A stretch of 64,000 bases of DNA from the IMG/VR virus record IMGVR_UViG_3300037993_000804; one strand, written 5' to 3'. The DNA comes from an uncultured virus (IMG/VR IMGVR_UViG_3300037993_000804). Taxonomy: Duplodnaviria > Heunggongvirae > Uroviricota > Caudoviricetes. Both the position numbers and the translations under genes were made by a program. The notes beneath the pieces were generated by a model, which saw only the letters and a program-made list of their open reading frames with translations, ran no database searches and had not been told where the DNA came from. Shown in pieces: positions 41,279-50,973 of the stretch. Positions within the stretch are counted from its first letter, which is position 1. Each line of letters opens with the position of its first letter.

Positions 41279-42019
41279 ATGATTACCAGAAGAGCACGGA
41301 CCGGCCCGGTCATTCGCACGTTTTGGCAGGACTTTGTGGCGCTTTCCCATCTTTCGATGTATCTGCCGATCCTCTGTTTCATGGTCTGCGGCACGTTTCT
41401 GGCGCCGCGGGTGGACTATATTACTTTCCTGTATATGATTATCGGAGTAAGCGCCGGCGTGATCCTGGGGGCGTACCGGCTGAATGCCATCCGGGACGGC
41501 GGTTCGACGCTGCCGGTGCTCACTAATTTCCTGATCGCCCTGGTCGGACTGGCCATCTTCTGCACCTGCCTGGCGATTGTGACGGCGCGGGATAACTGGC
41601 TGGTACTGGTCTTCGGCGGCCTGGGGATTTTTGCGATGGTGATTTACAATCTGGTCCGGAACCGGATCATCCACAACAGTCTGGTTTACGGTCTCTGCTG
41701 GGGATTTATGCCGGTGGTCCTGGCCAACTGTTTGCAGACGTTGACCTGGCCGAAATGGGATATCGTCGCCCTCGGCTTGCTGGCGGCCGTCTTCGCCCGG
41801 GCCTATACCTGGAATCACGGGCTCCGGATCTGCGGGGTTTACGCCATCTGCCGGCGACATAAAGACGCGGTACCCTGCCACTCGAATTCGGTGACCTGCC
41901 GGGAGCGGCTGGTGATGCCGAAATCCATTTCCGACCATGCCAAACTGCGGCTTTCAATGGACCGCCTGATGGTGTTATTATTAACAGCGTTCATCGTTTT
42001 ACTTTACTTTAGGAGGTAA
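41279..42019 (+). CDS. UbiA-superfamily-like membrane prenyltransferase
   Basis: About 7-8 TM helices; AYRLNAIRD (NxxxD), VIYN, YGLCWGFMPV; divergent. Confidence 0.55.
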   Translation: MITRRARTGPVIRTFWQDFVALSHLSMYLPILCFMVCGTFLAPRVDYITFLYMIIGVSAGVILGAYRLNAIRDGGSTLPVLTNFLIALVGLAIFCTCLAIVTARDNWLVLVFGGLGIFAMVIYNLVRNRIIHNSLVYGLCWGFMPVVLANCLQTLTWPKWDIVALGLLAAVFARAYTWNHGLRICGVYAICRRHKDAVPCHSNSVTCRERLVMPKSISDHAKLRLSMDRLMVLLLTAFIVLLYFRR

Positions 42020-42022
42020 TGC

Positions 42023-42406
42023 ATGGGGAAAAAAGCCGATGAATACAAGAACAAGGTGCTGGTGGAGAATTACAAGCAGCTCAACCGCAAGCTGGTAACC
42101 CTCAGCGGGATCGGCGTCCGGCAGCTGCTCGGCACGCGGCCCGAGGCCGATTCGCGCACGGAGTATGTCACCAAGCTGGCCCTGAAGATCGACGCGACCG
42201 CCGCGATGACCGAGGTGGTTCTCGAACTGATGCTGTCCAAGCTGGAGATTTCCCGCGATGATTTTCTGCAGCTGATGACGGAGAAGCTGGAACAAGCGGT
42301 CAAAGACCTGGAAGAAGACTTCTGCATTACGTCGTGGAATGATGACGGTCAGCCGATCTTCGACCTGGAGAAATACGCGCAAAGGAGTCAAATGTGGCCC
42401 AGATAA
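42023..42406 (+). CDS. Hypothetical protein
   Basis: AGGAGG RBS; in operon. Confidence 0.65.
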   Translation: MGKKADEYKNKVLVENYKQLNRKLVTLSGIGVRQLLGTRPEADSRTEYVTKLALKIDATAAMTEVVLELMLSKLEISRDDFLQLMTEKLEQAVKDLEEDFCITSWNDDGQPIFDLEKYAQRSQMWPR

Positions 42407-43038
42407 CCGACAACAAGCAACTAATCCTGCATGCCTGCCAGGTCAACCTCGAATACATGAGGCTGCCGGCGGGCCACCTCAAGAAATACCTGAATATCGC
42501 CAACCTGTATGACCGGCTGGCCGAGCAAAGTATGCGCTGTGCTGCAGCCTGGATCGCTAACCAGGAATGTCCCGACCACGAACCCGCCGTGGACGCATTC
42601 TGGTGGGCGGCGGTCACCTGGGCGGATTCTTTCGGCCGGGCGGTCGGCGCGGACCGCTACGAATGGGAAACAATCGTGGTGACTCCCCACGTGGAGTTTG
42701 CCAATTACCTCAAACCGGACGGTTACCGCTGTGAACCGAACTACTGCGAAGGGACGCCCTGCAATATCATCATGGCGCTGGACGTGGCGTGGATGAAAAC
42801 GGTGATGAGTCTTACCGGACAGTGGGGATGGTTCCATCACCTGAAAGACATGCCCGCGCTGGCCGAGGCCCAGAGACTGGGGGGCGAACTGAGCAGCGAC
42901 ACCGAGGCGAAGCGGGCTTATCTCAAGAGCGACCTGGTTTTCTTTCACCAGCTTTTTACCCCTTTCCCGTTGACCACGGTAACCCGTAATCCGCTGGATT
43001 ACTTTGTCAGAAAAGCAGAGGAGGAATTAAATGGCTGA
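42394..43038 (+). CDS. Hypothetical Trp-rich helical protein
   Basis: AAGGAG RBS; in operon. Confidence 0.65.
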   Translation: MAQITDNKQLILHACQVNLEYMRLPAGHLKKYLNIANLYDRLAEQSMRCAAAWIANQECPDHEPAVDAFWWAAVTWADSFGRAVGADRYEWETIVVTPHVEFANYLKPDGYRCEPNYCEGTPCNIIMALDVAWMKTVMSLTGQWGWFHHLKDMPALAEAQRLGGELSSDTEAKRAYLKSDLVFFHQLFTPFPLTTVTRNPLDYFVRKAEEELNG

Positions 43039-43519
43039 AAACGAACCCACCCCAACCCCGGAAACCCCGCCCGACGAGTCACCGCAACAGGAACCGGCTG
43101 CCCAGGAAATGCCCGGCAATACCGAAGCAGTACCGTCATTCGGTCCGCCCAGGGGCGAGAAAGCGCCGACCTACGACGAGAATACACCCAACGGACTTGT
43201 TTCCCCGCGCGATTACGACCATTGCCCGGTCTGCGGCTGCAAGGGCCGGTTTACCGTGGAGAGCATGCGCGGCGACTTCTCGAACAAGCAGCTGGAGGAA
43301 AGACCGCCTTGCCTGGCGCAGTTCCAATCGACTTATTTTACCCCGGCCGGACAGATAACCTTGATCTGCATGGTCGACAGTTGCGTCCGCTGCGGCACGG
43401 TTTACACCGTGCATCGGGAGAAACGGTTGCTGGCGAAGAAGCCGGATATCGTCATTCCCGGCAAGACGTTGCAGCGGCCCGGTACTTTCCCGCCCGGACG
43501 GCAGCGGAACTTCAATTAG
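43031..43519 (+). CDS. Zn-binding hypothetical protein
   Basis: CPVCG and CVRCG. Confidence 0.6.
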   Translation: MAENEPTPTPETPPDESPQQEPAAQEMPGNTEAVPSFGPPRGEKAPTYDENTPNGLVSPRDYDHCPVCGCKGRFTVESMRGDFSNKQLEERPPCLAQFQSTYFTPAGQITLICMVDSCVRCGTVYTVHREKRLLAKKPDIVIPGKTLQRPGTFPPGRQRNFN

Positions 43520-43806
43520 CCGGGTGCTATAATTAACTGTGATGGCCACCTCGTAGAGAAATCGCCAGGATTATAGCCTGGTATTGCAGCGTGTATCTAC
43601 GAGCAACGAGAGGGGGTGCAAACCCCTCTTTGTTTTAGGTGGGACACATGGAGACGGGGGAAATTGAAGTCAATCTCGAATGGCACAAAGGCGGATTCTG
43701 TATCTACGAATTCTGTATCTACGAATCGACCTGGTGCAGCGAGGGCCTCTGCAGCGGCTGTGAAATTTACCGGCGCTGGAAAAGGTTGGAACGTATGCTC
43801 CGATAC

Positions 43807-43954
43807 TTGACAAGACCTATTTAATGGAGTAGATTTTATATGTCGCCCCACGCGCGGGGGCGTGGATTGAAACATGTGTTAGCATTACATCGAATTTGAC
43901 CGGCCGGCGCGTAACACGAGGCGGGGTACAGATCGTACCTCGCCTTTTTCTTTT
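43807..43954 (+). ncRNA. Promoter + solitary type I-C CRISPR repeat + terminator, cassette 2
   Basis: TTGACA-N17-TAGATT; GTCGCCCCACGCGCGGGGGCGTGGATTGAAAC (43842-43873); stem 43919-43945 plus T tract. Confidence 0.82.
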
Positions 43955-43989
43955 GCACTAACGTTCTTCTCTTCTGACAGGAGGCTATT

Positions 43990-44562
43990 ATGGGATTCGG
44001 AGCTAGTTCTTCTCAGATCACGGAAAGCATCCTCTCGGATGATACCCCTTTCCCCGGTGCTGACATCCCGCAGATCTTGACCAATACCCAGACCATCGAG
44101 ACCTCGACGACCACGATTGAGTCCGATGTGTCTACCGTCCAGAGTACGGTGATTACGGTTGAAGGCCAGACTTCGGCCATCGAGGCCCAGGTGGCAAAAC
44201 TGGACGGCGTAGCCCCTTCCAAGGGCAGTACCACCGCCAACTGGCAGACGGCCGCCGCCGTTGTTTGTACCATCGGCGCGGTCGGCGTCCGCAATAAGGT
44301 CCATTCGGCGATCATCGACATCAGCGCCCTGGTGGGCAATATCACGGCCGCGATGTTCATTTCCGTGAACGGCAACCAGCGGCAGGTCTTTCCCCCGAAA
44401 GCCGGGACCACGTTCAATGTCACCAACGGCGATGCGCCGGGACTGGCGCTGATTAACGGCACCTTCGGGATCGCCAACATCCTGACCATCGAGGTCCAGA
44501 GCGACAATGTCGCGGATAACGGCGCGGCCATCGGGTTTGAATTCATGCTTGAGGCGATGTAA
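43990..44562 (+). CDS. Putative virion fibre/spike protein (coiled coil plus beta domain)
   Basis: Heptads IE..T..IE..V, then beta strands. Confidence 0.6.
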   Translation: MGFGASSSQITESILSDDTPFPGADIPQILTNTQTIETSTTTIESDVSTVQSTVITVEGQTSAIEAQVAKLDGVAPSKGSTTANWQTAAAVVCTIGAVGVRNKVHSAIIDISALVGNITAAMFISVNGNQRQVFPPKAGTTFNVTNGDAPGLALINGTFGIANILTIEVQSDNVADNGAAIGFEFMLEAM

Positions 44563-44831
44563 TGAGTTTTCTGGACACCAGCAGCGGCGGTTATTCGAAA
44601 TTGTGGTCCAAGACCATTATCGACGCGGATAAAGATATGGGCGGCTTCGGGCTGTCCGATCTTTCCGAACTGGCAGCCACCATGAACCCGGGCGACCTGC
44701 TCTGGTATAACGCCTCCGCGCAGCGGATTCAGGTACTCACCGGCAGCACCTACGCGACCAACGAACTTTTGACCCAGGGCACGGCCCATATGCCGAACTG
44801 GGGATTTCCCGATACGGGCAAGTATCCATAG
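44562..44831 (+). CDS. Small fibre-like protein, paralog of the next gene's N-terminus
   Basis: WS..IDxDKDMGG..LxD...GDL. Confidence 0.6.
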   Translation: MSFLDTSSGGYSKLWSKTIIDADKDMGGFGLSDLSELAATMNPGDLLWYNASAQRIQVLTGSTYATNELLTQGTAHMPNWGFPDTGKYP

Positions 44832-44842
44832 AGGCGGGCAGT

Positions 44843-45784
44843 ATGAGTTTTATTTCAGGCGGCGGCGGCAGTACGGCTCCCAAGTGGAGTCAGATTACGA
44901 TTGACACCGACAAGGACATGGGCGGCCATGCCCTGACCGACATCAAGCAGCTGGTGGCGTCCATGGTCGGCGGCGATCTGGTCGCCAAAGGGACCGGCGG
45001 CGTCCTGGTCCGGGTTCCCGCCAGTACGCCGAACACAGTGCTCACCTCGAACGGCCCCGGACAGGTGCCGTCATTCCAGCCCGGCGGTACGGCCCTGAAC
45101 CGGTTTATCCCGGCCCAGATCAACAGCGTTAACGCGGCCGCGGTGGTTACTCCCGATGCCGCGGCCAAGAGCGCGCCCGTATCGTCCGTGTATGTCGCCG
45201 TTTACCAGGACACTCCCGCCAGCGACCTCAAACTGGTCAGCCCGCTGATCGGTTCGGTCAATTCTGCCGCCGTGGTCTCCCCCGGACAGACAGTCGCGCA
45301 GACCACGCCCGGGAAACTGACGCGCCACGTGGACATGGGGCTCTCCGTGGTCGCCGCGGTCAGTTATCTCGGCGGGTCATATACCAACGAGACGACCGTT
45401 GCCCAGCATGGTACGGCCAACGGCATGCACCTGATGGCTTCGTCTCCCGTAGTCGGTGACGCCTACTATTTCGCTTACAGCGCACTCTTTGACCAGCTGC
45501 TGCTCGTTCTCGGCACCCAGGGCGTGGGTAACTGGGGATTCACCTGGCAATACTGGAACGGGGCCTGGACCACCCTGCCGGGGATAAACGACACGACCAA
45601 CAGTTTCATGAATGCCGCCGGCCAGTATTTCATCACCTTTACCCGGCCGGGCGATTGGGCGACCACTTCCGTGGACAGTCTCGGTCCTTACTACTGGATC
45701 CGGGCCTATCTCGGTTCATATACCAGCAAAACCACGACTCCGTTAGGGTCGGGCGCGGTCTGCATCGTAAACGGCGTGATTTAG
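44843..45784 (+). CDS. Putative fibre/receptor-binding protein
   Basis: VLTSNGPGQVPS fibre motif; WQYWNGAW, YYWIR. Confidence 0.65.
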   Translation: MSFISGGGGSTAPKWSQITIDTDKDMGGHALTDIKQLVASMVGGDLVAKGTGGVLVRVPASTPNTVLTSNGPGQVPSFQPGGTALNRFIPAQINSVNAAAVVTPDAAAKSAPVSSVYVAVYQDTPASDLKLVSPLIGSVNSAAVVSPGQTVAQTTPGKLTRHVDMGLSVVAAVSYLGGSYTNETTVAQHGTANGMHLMASSPVVGDAYYFAYSALFDQLLLVLGTQGVGNWGFTWQYWNGAWTTLPGINDTTNSFMNAAGQYFITFTRPGDWATTSVDSLGPYYWIRAYLGSYTSKTTTPLGSGAVCIVNGVI

Positions 45785-45793
45785 GAGGAAAAC

Positions 45794-46501
45794 ATGGTAG
45801 ACAAAACAGCAGTGGGAACGGTCCCCATCGGTTTAACGGGTAAAGCGGAAATCGTCAAGCCGGAGCAGTTATTGTTCGACGGCGAACTGGGCGCGACCAT
45901 CGAATGGACCGTGCGTGAAGGGATTTTCGACGAGAACGGGAAAATCACCGAGCACGTCGGCCCCAGGCGGTCGGAAAGTTACGTCCGCCAGTTCCTGGAC
46001 AATATGTGGATGCTATTCAATAGCTCCTCCGCGCTGACGGGCGTCCCATCGGAAGATACCAGCGGCAATACCCACCAGATGTATAGCAGCTACTATCAAT
46101 TCAACTGTCAGGCCACCATCGGCGTGGTGAATACGGGTATCGTGGTGGGCACAGGTTCGACGACCCCCACGGAAAATGACTATGCCCTGCAAACCCTGAT
46201 TCTCCATGATTCGTCGCCGCCGACTTCCGGCAGGATGCAATATGGCGCCCTCACTTTTGGCGCGCCCTCCACCGATAACGTGTCCATCGCCCAGTTTACG
46301 ATCACCCGCAACTTCGCCAATTCCAGCGGGGCCTCGATCACGGTCAACGAGATTGGCCTGTACGTTCAGAGTTACAAACTAAATGGCGGACCGCAAGGCG
46401 TCGGTTATTTCATGACCATTCACGATGTTATCTCCGGGGGCATCGCTGTCCCCAACGGTCAGACTTTAACCGTCAACTACCGGCCGCAGACCCAGGTTTA
46501 G
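45794..46501 (+). CDS. Putative structural protein
   Basis: GIVVGTGSTTPT..DYAL, ITVNEIGL. Confidence 0.65.
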   Translation: MVDKTAVGTVPIGLTGKAEIVKPEQLLFDGELGATIEWTVREGIFDENGKITEHVGPRRSESYVRQFLDNMWMLFNSSSALTGVPSEDTSGNTHQMYSSYYQFNCQATIGVVNTGIVVGTGSTTPTENDYALQTLILHDSSPPTSGRMQYGALTFGAPSTDNVSIAQFTITRNFANSSGASITVNEIGLYVQSYKLNGGPQGVGYFMTIHDVISGGIAVPNGQTLTVNYRPQTQV

Positions 46502-46509
46502 GAGGAAAT

Positions 46510-47766
46510 ATGGCGAGAATAATTGGTACCCTGAAATTAAACCGGTTCGATAAAGATATGCGGCTGCTGGAGCATACCGAGCAGCCGATGCGCTCCTGGA
46601 CCAAAGGGTTGGTGGAAATACTCTATACGGCCCATGCTCAACCTTCTGTCGGGGCGCCGTATGCCGCTTTAGGCGATATTGACAAAACGACCCGAAATAT
46701 TTATAACCAGAGCCTCAACCCCTTCTTCGGTACTTCCGGCCGGGATTTGGGGAGAGTCGCCGCACCCCCCGGTTTTGCCCCAATTTACATGGCGAATAAT
46801 AACGCTACTTTCCCGACGCCGATCGGCTGCGATTTGGGTATCCAGATCGGTTCCGGCACCCCCACCGTTACGCCGGCGGATATGCGGCTGGCCCACCGTT
46901 TCGGGCACGGCAGTCATGCCGTCGACGGCGCGGATGCGGTCTACGATGAGCAAAATACGGGCGATGATACCCAAGGAAGTGTGGCAGTTTCCAATACACA
47001 GATGCAGGCGCAGCCTTTCCTGTGTTTGCACGACTGCCGTTGCGATAATGTTTCGCTGAAACTTTACAAGACCGGTTCGCCCACGGCCGGGTTAACCGTA
47101 GAAATCCGTTCTTTCAATATCTCCTACGATGGTGTCCAGGTACTGATGGTGCCCGGGCCGACCGCGCTGGCCACGGTGACCGTTCCCGCGTCTTCGATTA
47201 GTGCGGGCTCTCCCGGTAGTTTTGTGACCTGTACGTTCAGCAGCCCGGTGGATCTTTACGCCAATCATATCTACTTCATCAATATCTGGTCCTCCGGCGT
47301 TGACGGTTCCGACTATTATTCATGGCGCTTGAATAACAACAACATCACCGCTTATGAAAGGCTCTTCACCCCGAATGCTAACTATAGCAACCAGGGCTCA
47401 TTCTACGCCAATACGAATAATGGTTGGACCGGAAACTCTGGCAATCTTCCAGGCGCTTTTATGTATGTCGTCAATGCACAAAGCCAGGGTGAATTCGAGT
47501 ATGGCGGCTGCGAGCTCATTAACCGGGTCCAGTCCGGCACCAATGACGCCTTTGACATCCGCCGGTTCTTCTACAACCGGAGCGGCAGCAACCTGACCGT
47601 CGGGGAAATCGGCATCAATTCGATGTACACCTGCTATTTACTGCAGAATGCCAGCACTACGCTTAATATTCCCTGTCTAATTGCTCATGACACCATGGGG
47701 ACGCCGGTGACCGTGAACAATACCCAGGTTCTGGAAGTGACCTACACCATCCAGACCCAGACGTAG
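46510..47766 (+). CDS. Paralog of the preceding gene with an inserted beta domain
   Basis: GIQIGSGTPT..D.RL, LTVGEIGI, plus a ~190-aa insert. Confidence 0.65.
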   Translation: MARIIGTLKLNRFDKDMRLLEHTEQPMRSWTKGLVEILYTAHAQPSVGAPYAALGDIDKTTRNIYNQSLNPFFGTSGRDLGRVAAPPGFAPIYMANNNATFPTPIGCDLGIQIGSGTPTVTPADMRLAHRFGHGSHAVDGADAVYDEQNTGDDTQGSVAVSNTQMQAQPFLCLHDCRCDNVSLKLYKTGSPTAGLTVEIRSFNISYDGVQVLMVPGPTALATVTVPASSISAGSPGSFVTCTFSSPVDLYANHIYFINIWSSGVDGSDYYSWRLNNNNITAYERLFTPNANYSNQGSFYANTNNGWTGNSGNLPGAFMYVVNAQSQGEFEYGGCELINRVQSGTNDAFDIRRFFYNRSGSNLTVGEIGINSMYTCYLLQNASTTLNIPCLIAHDTMGTPVTVNNTQVLEVTYTIQTQT

Positions 47767-47775
47767 GACAGGTAC

Positions 47776-47875
47776 TTGACAAGACCTGCACATACAAGTA
47801 ACATTATACGCAGAGTACCGGTGAGGGAATGAAACGGGCGGGTGCACCTGCCTGAAAAACCCTCGCCGACACTCT
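47776..47875 (+). promoter_or_regulatory. Promoter plus rod-like structured leader
   Basis: GACAGGTACTTGACAAGACC identical to 26832; -10 TAACAT; nested stems follow. Confidence 0.6.
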
Positions 47876-47887
47876 TCTGGAGACCCG

Positions 47888-48106
47888 ATGAACAACATTT
47901 GGAAACTTAAGGGCTGCGCCCGGTGCGGGGGAGATATGTACTTTGACCGGGACGCTTTCGGCTGGTTCGCCCAGTGTCTACAGTGCAGCTATACCCAAGA
48001 ATTGGAATTAACCCAGGGACAGTTAAAAGCCTGGCATGTCGATCCACTGCCGGATGCTGCTGTCCATGCTGTAAATTTTAAGGAGGAAGACCATGGCACC
48101 GACTAA
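47888..48106 (+). CDS. Small Zn-finger protein
   Basis: CARCGGDM...CLQCSY. Confidence 0.7.
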   Translation: MNNIWKLKGCARCGGDMYFDRDAFGWFAQCLQCSYTQELELTQGQLKAWHVDPLPDAAVHAVNFKEEDHGTD

Positions 48107-48395
48107 CGTTTTGGACCCCCTCGGCATCTTCAAACCCGCCAGCAACCCCGTCCCGAAGAATGTGATCCCCCCGACCCCGACCAGTTTTGCCGCCAAACCG
48201 GTTTATCCCGGCGGACAGGCCAGCTTGTCACCCTTTGCGACGCTGGGCGCCCCGGCCCCGGTAATGCCGCACCAGCTGGTGGCCCAGCACCTCAACCAGA
48301 TCTTTGCCGCGAACCCGCCGTCATTTGCGGCATCCGGCGCGCTGCCGGTACAGCCGACCGTGTCGAACACTGTCCGGCAATTCCACTCCTATTAA
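48093..48395 (+). CDS. Pro-rich protein with LDPLG motif
   Basis: AGGAGG RBS. Confidence 0.6.
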   Translation: MAPTNVLDPLGIFKPASNPVPKNVIPPTPTSFAAKPVYPGGQASLSPFATLGAPAPVMPHQLVAQHLNQIFAANPPSFAASGALPVQPTVSNTVRQFHSY

Positions 48396-48410
48396 ACGAG
48401 GAGGCAGAAC

Positions 48411-49067
48411 ATGGCAAGATTTAATCCCCTCGACCCGTTAGACTTGTTTTCGGACCGCGACGGCTCGCAGGCCGACCGTGTCCGTACGTTCCGGCGGGAT
48501 TTCTCCGAGACCGGTCTGCAGGGTGTCCGGGAGCTCGATACCGCGTTCAACCCGCTGGATCCGCTGGGCATCTACCGTAAACATGCCGACTCCCAGGCCC
48601 AAGACCTGATCCAGACCCGGTATGATGTCATGGGCGATATCAACAAAAGCGCCGGCGAATTCTCCAATACCTTCTGGCCGCCGCCCGACCCGCTGCAAAT
48701 CTTTCACCGCAAGAACCGTTATTCTCCCAACGGCACCATGCCGCATCCTGCCCCGTCGAATCCGCCGGCCGCATCCAAGGCCCTTTCCGGCGCCGTCATC
48801 GGCAACCCGATCCCGATTGAGTGGGCCGACCAGGTGATTCCGCTCAAGAATCAGGCCCGCGACAAGATGATCGCCCAGGGTTATTCGGAAAAGCAGGTTG
48901 ACCAGGCCCTTCACTGGGGGGAAGAATGGCTCATTGGGATGGCCAAGCGGTTGGCGCCACAGAATCCCGACCTGCAAAAGCAAGTCGTGGTCGCCGGCTA
49001 CGCCGACATTGTCCCGAGGGCCGAGAAGTGGATCGCCGGTATTGATAATTTCGCCGCGGCCAGATGA
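48411..49067 (+). CDS. Protein with three DPL motifs and a helical C-terminal domain
   Basis: FNPLDPLDLF, FNPLDPLGIY, PPDPLQIF. Confidence 0.7.
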   Translation: MARFNPLDPLDLFSDRDGSQADRVRTFRRDFSETGLQGVRELDTAFNPLDPLGIYRKHADSQAQDLIQTRYDVMGDINKSAGEFSNTFWPPPDPLQIFHRKNRYSPNGTMPHPAPSNPPAASKALSGAVIGNPIPIEWADQVIPLKNQARDKMIAQGYSEKQVDQALHWGEEWLIGMAKRLAPQNPDLQKQVVVAGYADIVPRAEKWIAGIDNFAAAR

Positions 49068-49214
49068 AATGAAGACAACACTAACCCCGGAAGAAAACCG
49101 CATCAAGCGACAATGGGCCAAAAAAGGTGTGGAGATCGAATTCTCCGATAAGCCTTTTGTCCCTAACATGAAGTACCACGATTATTTAGTAAGTAAGCGG
49201 TGAGGAGGTGGACA

Positions 49215-49649
49215 ATGGCACAATTTACCGCCCCGTTCCTGGGAATGGTTCCGGAACGGAAGATGACCAACAATGAGCTGATTCGCGCGATCCGCCAGAA
49301 TATCGCCGAAGAGCACGGCGCGACTTTCCTGTATAACGCGATTGCCGACGCGACCGACAACGAGGCTGCGAAAGCCGTGCTGAATGACGTGGCCAATGAT
49401 GAACGTGTCCATGCCGCGCAATTCGGGCGTTTGCTTCAAATGTTTACCGGCGACGAGGGCGAGTTCATCCTGAAGGGCAACAATGAAACCGACCGGTTGA
49501 CGGCCGGCGTCCGCAATTCGTTCAATACTTCACCGAAATTTAACCCGCTCGATCCCCTGGGATTGCTCGAACCTGCCCGGCGGGATATCGAACGGCTGCT
49601 GGCGCCGGTCCAGCGCATGATGATCGGCAGCAACGCGGGAGGCAAATAA
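49215..49649 (+). CDS. Ferritin-like/rubrerythrin-family protein with C-terminal FNPLDPLG tail
   Basis: ELIRAIRQNIAEEHGA..LY...NDVANDERVH. Confidence 0.85.
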   Translation: MAQFTAPFLGMVPERKMTNNELIRAIRQNIAEEHGATFLYNAIADATDNEAAKAVLNDVANDERVHAAQFGRLLQMFTGDEGEFILKGNNETDRLTAGVRNSFNTSPKFNPLDPLGLLEPARRDIERLLAPVQRMMIGSNAGGK

Positions 49650-50936
49650 TGGCAGCGAACGATATTACCCGGGAACAAATGAACCGGATTGTCCGGCGGT
49701 TGACCAACTTACCGTCCGATGAAAAACAGGCCCCGCAGCGGGTTGGCGCCATCCTGCGGGAAGAGCTTGGGGAGCAACAAGCCCTGGCCTATGCGGACAA
49801 GGCCGTCCAGAACGGCATGATCCGGGTCCGCGATTACGAGGCGCTGCGGGCTAATATTCTGTTCAACGTGCCGAAGAACGAACGTCCCAACAGCAATATC
49901 GAAGCGGCAGCCCGCCAGCTGGTTTATGGCCAGAAGCAAATCCAGAAAGACATGACCGCGATCCGGCAGATGGGCGACAAGTCGCTGGAGAGGGCCGCGA
50001 CCAGTCTGAACAAAGACATCGAGCGCATCCGGCGTGCCTGGGGCATTTCCGGCAAGGGTAACGTACTGTAAAAGGAGTTTGTGCAAGCGTTATGGGAATG
50101 TATTCAAGCGATCCGATTCAAGGGTCCCAGACGACGATTCATGGGACCGGCTCTTTTGATCTCCATGGCGAGTTCAAAGAAGATGGAGCCACCAGGGACA
50201 AAACCGAGATTACGGTCGAGAATCCCCTTCCCAACCCGGTATTCATCGAGATCAGACACCGCGCGACCGGCTGGAAAAGAACGGCGTACCTCCCGCACGG
50301 CGGCACAATATCATTTGATGCCGCTCCGGACCCCGACCTGGAGAACTACGATGTGAAATCGACCATCAATTCCCGGTTCGAGGTCGGCAAGATTCTGGGA
50401 GAAGGTGGCGCGCAGATATCCTGGACCACGACCGCCGAGCCACCGCCGAAGCCGCCCAAAAAACCGAAAGAGCTTAAGACCCTGGCCGAAATGATGGCCG
50501 AGTTTGAGAAGGAGAAAGAAAAAGTATGACCACCCAAATTAAAATCCGACTGACCGACCCGAAAGGGCTTTGCAAGAAAGATTTCGACTCCACGCCGGCA
50601 CAAGCGCCGAGTGCGCCGCCGTCGCAGCCCCCGGTTAATCCCGCCATGCCGATCGGCTGGCCGCCCGTCATTGGAGGTCCGGCCGTGTCTCCGGTCAGTA
50701 ACGACCCCTCGTGGCCGCTGACTACCAAGGGCACCAGTGACACCGACTATCCGTTCATCGGTGACCCGCCCGGGCATTGGGGCTCCAGCAGCATTACTCA
50801 GACCCCGAAGATCGACTGGGAAAGTCTTCCCTATCATCCCGCCGGTTGGCTGACGAAAATGGACAGCGCCTACCAGGACCAGGCCAAGTCCCACGATGCG
50901 GGCGTGAACCTGACCTCTTTCATGAATCAGGGTTAA
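49649..50936 (+). other. Three hypothetical CDSs (49649-50071, 50092-50529, 50526-50936)
   Basis: RBSs and tight packing. Confidence 0.6.
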
Positions 50937-50973
50937 ATACTTTCCCGCCGACGACGGGATTGACAGGAGCAAA

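Noticed and set aside
43696..43726. 15-nt tandem duplication (FCIYE twice)
   Set aside because: Only two copies inside a small ORF; no further structure.
26876..43873. The two I-C repeats as one CRISPR array
   Set aside because: They are 17 kb apart, and each has its own promoter and terminator.
43874..43897. Self-target for the variable segment of cassette 2
   Set aside because: No convincing match was found by eye in the window.
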